This document shows positions 10,953 to 19,717 of a DNA stretch of 64,000 nucleotides, one piece after another. How positions within the stretch are numbered: the stretch's first letter is position 1; the number at the start of each line of letters is the position of its first letter. The notes beneath the pieces are model-generated. The model searched no databases. It was given only the letters and a program-made list of their open reading frames with translations, and was not told the DNA's origin. Source of the DNA: Octopus sinensis. Lineage: Eukaryota. The stretch covers positions 22,568,001 to 22,632,000 of the forward strand of contig NC_042998.1 of the NCBI RefSeq assembly GCF_006345805.1, written 5' to 3'. Position numbers and translations under genes: made by a program.

Positions 10953-11890
10953 TCAACGAAGCACATGGGTGGGTTTATATATACTATATCCGGATGAATG
11001 GCAAACTTTTACGAATTGCATTTCGGGAGAGGAAAAGTTTTTTCGGAATAAAAATTTAGCAATTAAGGACAACTACTTAATAAGGAAAACTTAACAAGAA
11101 ATTGTCAGGTAGATAGCGTAAAAACCTCATAAGAGAAAAAATTTCGAAAATAATTATTTCTTATTGAACATATTAATTTATATATAGAGGGCATTATACA
11201 TACATGCCAGGAGGCATTCTAACATACACGCCATACGCTAAGAGGGACAATCAGTCATTTCTAACCAAAAATATTACTAATCCCACCGAATGCAATTTTT
11301 CAAAGAAAGACATTTAAAAATATATAGACCTGTATCACAGAAATGACTGATTGTCCCTCTTAGCGTATGGCGTGTATGTAGAATGCCTCCTGGCATGTAT
11401 GTATAATGCCCTCTATATATAATTAATATGTTCAATAAGAAATAATTATTTTCGAAATTTTTCTCTTATGAGGTTTTTACGCTATCTACCTGACAATTTC
11501 TTGTTAAGTTTTCCTTATTAAGTAGTTGTCCTTAATTGCTAAATTTTTATTCCGAAAAACTTTTCCTCTCCCGAAATGCAATTCGTAAAAGTTTGCCATT
11601 CATCCGGATTAGTAATATAAACCCACCATGTGCTTCGTTGATGTTGATCATTTAGCTGATCGGCTTAAGCGAAGCAGGTCGTTGTTTATTTATAGTATAT
11701 TCAGCCTGCTGATAATTACGTAAGTATGAAATCACTGTGATACAGGTCTATATATTTTTTAAATGTCTTCTTTTGAAAAATTGCATTCGGTGATTAGTAA
11801 TATTTTTGGTAGAAATGACTGATTGTCCCTCTTAGCGTATGGCGTGTATGTAGAATGCCTCCTGGCATGTATGTATAATGCCCTCTATAT
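10953..11890. repeat. ~470-bp tandem repeat, with an abrupt orientation switch at 11340/11341
   Basis: AAATGACTGATTGTCCCTC starts at 11341 and again at 11813 (period 472). 11341-11890 is the reverse complement of the unit seen at 1-331 and 10953-11340. Confidence 0.88.
11617..11689 (+). ncRNA. Uninterrupted target hairpin; candidate small-RNA or pre-miRNA-like stem-loop of unknown identity
   Basis: Core stem TGCTTCGTTGATGTTGATCA(G/T)-TTAG-CTGATCGGCTTAAGCGAAGCA (11631-11676) with outer ATAAAC/GTTTAT pairing. The hairpin is visible in sequence; that it is an RNA gene is inference only. Confidence 0.3.
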
Positions 11891-11924
11891 ATAATATATA
11901 TATATATAATATATATATATATAT

Positions 11925-12088
11925 ACGACGGGCTTCTTTCAGTTCCGTCTACCAAATCCACTCACAAGGCATTGGTCGGCCCGGGGCTATAGCAGAAGAC
12001 ACTTGCCCAAGGTGCCACGCAGTGGGACTGAACCCGGAACCACGTGGTTGGTTAGCAAGCTACTTACCACACAGCCACTCCTGCGCCT
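11925..12088 (-). mobile_element. tRNA-derived SINE family A, 5' head
   Basis: GGCGCAGGAGTGGCTGTGTGGTAAG (A-box-like) and GGGTTCAGTCCC (B-box-like); same sequence recurs at 33987, 45670, 61235 and 62213. Confidence 0.85.
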
Positions 12089-12422
12089 AGTTTGGAAACT
12101 ATAGCAATTGAATGAAAGTTAAGAAAATTGAGTTTCGTTATTACTTTCATGTGAAATTAGAGCTGGAAAGAAATTGTGTTGAATTCAGAACAAACAATCG
12201 CTAATGAACCAGATTTAATGAAGTCTTCTCTGCGAAATTTAAGGATTCATTAAAGGATACAGTGGAAAAGAACGTTCATGGAGAAGTAACAGGGGCAGAC
12301 GTGGAGTACAGAGTTTGAGAAACGTGTCCTACCTCTTTTCCGTGTGTTAATCATAATAAAGAAGAATTTATAAGTTACATGCAAAAGAAGATAGGTTGGT
12401 ATCAGCAGAACTACTTAATCCA

Positions 12423-13035
12423 AAGGCGGCGAGCTGGCAGAAACGTTAGCACGCCGGGCGAAATGCTTAGCAGTATTTCGTCTGTCGCTACGTTCTGAGT
12501 TCAAATTCCGCCGAGGTCGACTTTGCCTTTCATCCTTTCGGGGTCGATAAATTAAATACCAGTTACGCACTGGGGCCGATATGATCGACTTAATCCGTCT
12601 GTCTGTCCTTGTTTGTCTCCTCTGTGCTTAACCCCCTGTGAGTAGTAAAGAAATAGAAATAGGTATTTCGTCTGCCGTTACGTTCTGAGTTCAAATTCCG
12701 CCGAGGTCGACTTTGCCTTTCATCCTTTCGGCGTCGATTAAATAAGTACCAGTTACGCACTGGGGTCAATATAATCGACTTAATCCGTCTGTCTGTCCTT
12801 GTTTGTCCCCTCTGTGCTTAACCCCTTGTGAGTAGTAAAGAAATAGAAATAGGTATTTCGTCTGCCGTTACGTTCTGAGTTCAAATTCCGCCGAGGTCGA
12901 CTTTGCCTTTCATCCTTTCGGCGTCGATTAAATAAGTACCAGTTACGCACTGGGGTCAATATAATCGACTTAATCCGTCTGTCTGTCCTTGTTTGTCTCC
13001 TCTGTGTTTAGCCCCTTGTGGGTAGTAAAGAAATA
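12423..13035 (+). mobile_element. tRNA-derived SINE family B: one head plus three tandem 190-bp bodies, 16-bp TSD
   Basis: Head AAGGCGGCGAGCTGGCAGAAACGTTAGC; units start TATTTCGTCTG at 12474, 12664 and 12854; AGAACTACTTAATCCA at 12407-12422 and 13036-13051. Confidence 0.9.
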
Positions 13036-14119
13036 AGAACTACTTAATCCAGAAACACAGCTAAGACACGAAGCATTTTCCAGTACCTTTGCTTAACTGT
13101 TACTTAGAGTATGCTGCACAATCAGTGATGAGACATAACCAAACTGTTTTCATGCAGGTTGATGGTAAATGTCAAAAATAATATCCAAAGAGTTCTTCGC
13201 ATTATAGACGCCGGAATATAATGAATTATTGGTTCAAATTTCGGCAAATCAAAAGTGTATTTCGATAATCTGACAGTCGTTTCATATTTTTTGCATTTCA
13301 GTGTGAAATATAGTGGTCATTGTGTTGAAGAAGTATGTACAACTGTTTGATCAGCAAAAATATTTTTCAGTAGATATTTTTATAATGGCCATTGATCTCA
13401 GTGATAATTTCAACGGGAATGGATGTTCAGAAACAAGAAGCAAAGGAAATGAAAGTGATAATTATATTAAAAGCTGCTGTTTTCCCTACTTCAGCATCCG
13501 AAGTCGCGTGAAATATGTTGTGGTTTAAGCTACATGGTTCATATCAGCCTGTTCAAACAACAATGTGTTTCATTGATGACGAAGGAACTAAATAGATTAT
13601 TGAGAAACAAAAAAGAAAGAAACCGAACTCTTACTTAACGGCTGAAAGTGAAGCATGTATCGCTTACATTGTACAAAGCATATAATTGCATCTACTCTCT
13701 TGATTTCCTTAGGAATTACAGATGAGCATTATACAACGAAATGTAGAATGAAAGAAAAACAACACCCACTCCATTTGATGCATATATTTTGTTTGGACAA
13801 AAGTTCAAGAGCGCTTCTATCTGAGAGCTTCGTTCCATCATAATCCGTGAAATACATCATGGAAGGAAAATTGCTAATGATGACATTTGCGCTACTTAAA
13901 AAGAAGCTTCAATGAAAATGAATTTAGGAAAGGATGATAGTGAACACTATCAGAAAATGGAGAATCACCACGTCTTTGTGATACCACATCAACTACAACA
14001 GATTTGCTTGTTTGTTTTATCTTTACTGAAATCTTGCAGAGTCAAAAAGGCTTTTGTATGATGGCAGAAATGTATTAGGGATTCCTGAAATCATTGGTTC
14101 CATTCCACAGCACAATAAG

Positions 14120-14283
14120 AAGAACTTCGACTCCTTGTTTTTTTCTGTGTATCTTTCTGTCGAAGAGCGTAGGCTCGAAACGTAAAAGACTTTTCTATTC
14201 CTGAGCGCTACACTAATACATTTGTTTGTTTGTACTCCACCTGCCTTCGTCTTTTGTTTATTTTCGTAAACTTTCCCTTTATA
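14120..14283 (+). mobile_element. Penelope-type terminal-repeat fragment with hammerhead-like motif
   Basis: TCTTT-CTGTCGA-A-GAGC GTAG GCTC-GAAA-CGTA-AAAGA at 14152-14189; homologous copy on the minus strand at 18787-18990. Confidence 0.55.
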
Positions 14284-14385
14284 AGAAAATAAATCCATTT
14301 CGAGTAATTGTCAACCCATGGCAACACTAATACAGATAATATGAAATAGTTCTTGAGGTCTTTGAAATTTAAAGTCCTTGTAATT

Positions 14386-14780
14386 TCTCTCTCTATATAT
14401 AAAGCTGAAGTTGTCTGTGTATAGCCGGTTTGGTAGTCTTCAACTAACACTATCTCCTCCGAGACCTTGCGGCACAAGTTGACCAAAATTGAAAGTATGA
14501 TAGAAGAAGGCTTGCTCTTCATTCCGTAGAAGAAAACATTCAAATCGGACTATGTTAACACCAAAAATTATTTACATCAAAAAGGTGCTTTTTCTTCTAT
14601 AAAAATCCCTATTCTTTACGATTTTTTGACTGCTGTGTCGCCATTTTTCGGTGAATTTCAACCAGAAAAATGTTCACGTAAAGAGAATAACAAGCTACAT
14701 AATGCAAAATTTTTACTTTTCAAAAATTCCAATTCTAAAGAGTCGAAACAAACCCGAGCAACGCCGGGCGATACTGCTAG
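14386..14780 (+). mobile_element. Non-autonomous Helitron (~390 bp)
   Basis: 5' TCTCTCTATATATAAAG; 3' hairpin CCCG-A-GC-AAC-GC-CGGG (14753-14768) then CTAG (14777-14780) followed by T. The 5' boundary is uncertain by a few bases. Confidence 0.75.
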
Positions 14781-14849
14781 TACAAACTAAAAATAAATCA
14801 ACAGGAAAGGCGCAGACACAGCTGTGTGGTAAGAAGCTTGCTTCCGGTA

Positions 14850-16260
14850 TATTGATTGTTGTTGAACCTTCTGTCTTTGTGTGGAACACGTGTGTTTGGC
14901 TCTCTTGCAGCCGTGGTGTGCGATGTCCTCCCTCTTGTTTGATGGGGGGAGCGTCGTGGGTGTGTGGTGGAGCGCGAGGGTTTGGGTTCTTCTTCTTCTT
15001 CAGACTGTGTCGTCTGCGGAAGAGTTGGTGAAAAGTCTGAAAAGAATTGACGAGGTAATGGAGACAAGGAATTGTGCAGAGGCAGCGAAGACGCGTGTGT
15101 GTGTCTGTGGAGAAATTAAGTAAATTCAAAGAAATGATTAAAAGAGAGGGGAACGAAGTGAAAGTGCCCCCCACCGTCCCGAAGAAGTCTTAAAAGAAAA
15201 AAAAAATGAAAAGCTATAATTTACAGGACGTACTCGGATAACAAGCGGGAAAATTGAAGTCATGTCGATGGCTCAAGTTGAAAAGGCATTTAAACCAATC
15301 TGGCAAGAGATTTCCTACCTTGCCAGAAGAAGAAAGTATGGAACAGTGGAGGTGCAATTTCGGGAGGTAGCTACTGCCAGGCTGCACTCAGCAACACCGT
15401 TAAAGACAGATGAAGCGGTGCTGCTACCCGTATACCTTGGGAGATGCACCCCCAGAAATTGATGTAGCTGCCATACTGCTGGGCATGGAGGAGAAAGTAA
15501 TGGTCCTACAGGCCACCAGAACACCCAACAGGAATTGGCAAGGGCAGAGCCTAGACATAATAGTACAGGCGGCCCCCGGAAGACATCGAAAACGTGGTCG
15601 AGACCATCACAGTCGGAGACGTAACACTCACAGTGGAAGGAAGGATCCCACAGACCACATTAGTGCGGACTGTCCTCCACCACCCGTGAAGACTAGAGAA
15701 ACACGAGAGTGAGAAGGAAACTGACTTCACCACCGACGAAAACTAGTACTGGCGTCGAAGAAGAGATGAATGAGGAAAAGAACGGATGGGAACGGCTGGG
15801 AACGGCTGGGAAAAAAAGAAAAAAAGCACACGTTGTACATGACCCCCATCTCACACTCACTCGACTCCCACCTACCCCCACTTTATCCCAACCCCTCCCT
15901 ACAGACACAAACCTTCTCCATGCCCCACCTGACATAAAGACAAGGACACAGGAGCCCCAAATTTCCCTACCTTCCACCTTGGAAAAATGTTATACTGTAC
16001 AGCGGAGAAAATGAAGAACTGTACAATGTGATAGGCTCGTGGAGCAAAGTGATAAAAGCGGATGTAACGGGAGTAAAGGGGTTGCCCAAGTGCATTCGCT
16101 GTGTGGTGGCAGACCCAGAATATCTCTTGAGATTGAAGGACTGGGGAAGATTATGACTCTGGGTGGTGGGTCAAGAAAATAGACACCAGCGCAATGCTAG
16201 AACGGAAATTTTTTGAGATTTTAAAGAAATATAATATAAACATCCTTCGGAAGAATGGAA
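14850..16260 (+). mobile_element. Degenerate ORF1-only relative of the Tx1 element
   Basis: VEKAFKPIWQEI...LKTDEAVLLPVYLGR aligns without gaps to ORF1 VEKCLAPVWDKI...LKNDDIMLLPSYMGK (20/56 identical by hand count), and WQGQSLDIIVQA matches WRGQTLELLVQA. No ORF2 motifs follow. Outer boundaries are approximate. Confidence 0.65.
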
Positions 16261-16305
16261 ATTAGCTGTTGCTAATGGTGTTACTAATGGTATTGTAAAC
16301 TAGCA

Positions 16306-16724
16306 AAGGCGGCGAGCTGGCAGAAGTTTTAGCGTGCCGGCCGAAATGCTTAGCGGTATTTCGTCTGCCGTTACGTTCTGGGTCCAAATTCCGCCGAGGT
16401 CGACTTTGCCTTTCATCCTTTCGGAGTCGATTAAATAAGTACCAGTTACGCACTGGGGTCGATGTAATCGACTTAATGCCTATATCTGTCCTTGTTTGTT
16501 CCCTCTATGTTTAACCCCTTGTGGGTAATAAAGAAATAGGTATATCGTCTGCCGCTACGTTCTGAGTTCAAATTCCGCCGAGGTCGACTTTGCCTTTCAT
16601 CCTTTCAGGGTCGATTAAATAAGTACCAGTTACGCACTGGGGTCGATATAATCGACTTAATCCGTCTGTCTGTCCTTGATTGCGCCTCTGTGTTTAGCCC
16701 CTTGTGGATAGTAAAGAAATAGGT
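16306..16724 (+). mobile_element. SINE family B, head plus two bodies, followed by a family D tail fragment (16731-16798)
   Basis: Matches 12423-13035; second unit starts near 16540. Confidence 0.87.
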
Positions 16725-17906
16725 ACGCATGTCTGTGGAATGCTCGGCCACTCGCACGTTAATTTCAGAAGCAGGCTCTTCCTTTGATCGGATCAACCGT
16801 CGCAGTGCCAGTGTGTCTCACCGTTGAAGAATTGGATTAGGCATTACAAGAGCTAATGAAAAAATCAAGGCATTAACAAATCCATTTTAGAGACGTTATA
16901 ATTTTTCTTTTTTTGGTAGGGATTTTAGACAAGATGTTATCAAACGTTGCAAAAGAGCAAAATTTGTCGACGCAAGTTTTAATAATTCATTATTATTGGA
17001 GACATGTCAAAAAGCGGTAACTGACATAAAACATGCGACTTAAATTATATCCAGAAAATTCAGAGTAGCAAAAACGGTTAATTTGATTCAATGACTTTAC
17101 TTCCTGCAGGAAACGGTACTGAACCTGAAGAAACAAATGGGGAAATTAAAATTCGAGAAAAATTTAATATGTTTTGCTGAGTCATCGAACTTCACTTTAG
17201 TTTTCAATGAAAATGTCATGCAGGAATTCATTGCCGAGCATGAACAATTTTGTAAAATTTCTGTTTTAGTTCCAGAAGTGTCCATGTTGTTTTAATCAAT
17301 GATGAGATATTAAACAAGTTTCCGGGAGATCAAACAGTGTATTGTTCAGCCATGATAGATGTTCAGATTAAAATGACAATTCCGAATTCACATGTGAAAT
17401 ATTTAAATAATCGAAATCTATTCGACCTGACATCAGACAGATTGAAATGAAAGAATAACGCTGAAGTAACATTTCTGCATACAGCCGACCAATCAAATAA
17501 GATGTGTAACGCTACACATTTAGTTATTCAAGAAATTGGAGCAAAATTTACTCAAGCGAAAATTATTACTGGCCGTCTTCATGGCAGAAAAGTCGTGTCT
17601 ATTCCAAGAGTCGCTTTTCTTCTGGAAATGAAGAGATTTCGTTTACACGAATATGAAAACAGCTTCCAATTAAATTAGCAAAACCAATGACAATAAATAA
17701 ATCACAAGGGCAAACACTTGCCAAAGACAATATTTTTAGTTATGTATTCACTTTTCTATCATATGAAAAGAGTGTTTTAGTTGGAACACATATATATGTG
17801 TAATGTATGTATGTATATATATATATAAATGAAAGAATGGAGTTGAACGACGATTTAACAAAATTCCTTTATTCTCGACATATTCTCGACGATTTAACAA
17901 AATTGG

Positions 17907-18487
17907 GTATATATATATATATATATATCATATGTGTATATATATATATATATTGTTATATATGTGTGTAATATATATATATATATGTGTACTATATATA
18001 TATATATATATGTGTATATTATATCTATATATATATATATAATGTGTGTGTATAATATTATATATGTGTGTATATATATAATATATATATGTGTATATAT
18101 ATATATATGTGTATATATAATATATATGTGTATATATATATATATATATGTGTATTAATATATATATATATATGTGTGTGTGTATATATATATATAATAT
18201 ATGTGTGTGTGTATATATATATATATATATGTGTGTGTTATATATATATATATATATATATTATGTGTATATATATATATGTGTATATATATATATATAT
18301 ATGTGTATTATATATATATGTGTATATATATATATATATATATGTGTGTATATATATATATGTGTATATATATATATATATATGTGTATATATATTATTA
18401 TATATGTGTATATATATATATAGTGTATATATATATATATATAGTATTGTGTGTATATATAGATATATGTATATATATATATATATA

Positions 18488-18526
<39 letters not shown>

Positions 18527-18746
18527 TCTATATATATATATGTATGTGTATATATATATATATATGTGTGTGTAGATAATATATATATATATGTGTATAT
18601 ATATTATATGTGTGTGTATATAATATATATATATATGTGTGTTGCTATATATATATATATATATATATATATTATGTGTGTTCTATATATGTGTGGTGTA
18701 TATATATATGTGTATATTAATATGTGTATTATATTATGTGTATATA

Positions 18747-18786
<40 letters not shown>
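17907..18786. repeat. Compound (TA)n/(TG)n microsatellite tract
   Basis: Direct inspection. Confidence 0.95.
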
Positions 18787-18787
<1 letters not shown>

Positions 18788-18990
18788 CGGGAAGATTTAT
18801 GCAAATAAACAAAAGACGAAGGCAGGTGGAAAACAACGAACAATTGTATTAGTATGGCGCTCAGGAAATATAAATAAAACAAGTCTTTAACGTTTCGAGC
18901 CTACGCTCTTCAACAGAGATACACAGAGAGAGAAAAACACAGAAAGAAGGAGAGAAAAAAAATGCGTTGCAGTAGCTAACGAATCAACAT
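18787..18990 (-). mobile_element. Penelope-type terminal-repeat fragment, same family as 14120-14283
   Basis: Reverse strand reads CTGTTGA-A-GAGCGTAGGCTC-GAAACGTTA (18884-18921). Confidence 0.55.
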
Positions 18991-19035
18991 GGCGATCTGA
19001 AAGGATAGGTGAGGAGGGGGTGAGGTTAGATGAGG

Positions 19036-19716
19036 AGGGGGGGAGAGTTGAGACATATATGTGTGTGTATATATATATACATATATATATATATGGTGTG
19101 TATATATATATATAATATGTGTGTGTATATATATATATTATATATGTGTGTGGTATCTATATAAATATATATGGTGTGTATATATATATATATATATATA
19201 TAGTGTGTGTATATATATATATATGTGTGTGTATATATATATATTATATGGTGTATATATATATATTATGTGTGTGTGATATATATATATATATATGTGT
19301 GTGTATATATATGTGTGTGTATATATATATATGTGTGTGTGTATATATATATATGTGGTGTGTGTATATATATATATATATGTTGTGTGGTTATATATAT
19401 ATATGTGTGTATATATATATATATAATGTGTGTGTATATATATATATATATGTGTGTGTGTGTATATATATAATATATATATGTGTGTGTATATATATAT
19501 ATATAATATGTGTGTTGATATATATATATATATATATATGTGGGTGATATATAGATATAGATATTATGTGTGTGTATATAATATATATATATATGTGTGT
19601 GATATATATAGTAATATATATATATATATGTGTGTATATATATATAATATATATGTGTGTGTATATATATATATATAATATAGGTGTGGGTGTGTGTGTG
19701 TATATATATATAATAT
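19036..19716. repeat. Compound (TA)n/(TG)n microsatellite tract
   Basis: Direct inspection. Confidence 0.95.
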
Positions 19717-19717
19717 A

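Larger units (their letters stand above)
12100..17760 (+). mobile_element. Ancient Helitron RepHel relic, interrupted by at least five younger insertions
   Basis: Hand translation gives TEFEKRVLPLFRVLI (12308; degenerate EFQKRGLPHxH), VSAELLNPE, GKCQK*YPK, HCVEEVCTTV..YFYNGH, SASEVA..FKLHG, then helicase motifs GRDFRQ (16915), VDAS, NMR and QLPIKLAKPMTINKSQGQTL (17687-17719), in the expected order. Confidence 0.78.

Noticed and set aside
11621-11830. Identification of the target as U6, another snRNA or an SL RNA (GTGCTTCG start after a TATA-like run; ATTTTTGG Sm-like site near 11800)
   Set aside because: Similarity stops after a few bases. No U6 ACAGAGA box, U5 loop I or U2 branch-pairing sequence is present, and the Sm-like motif is expected by chance in AT-rich DNA.
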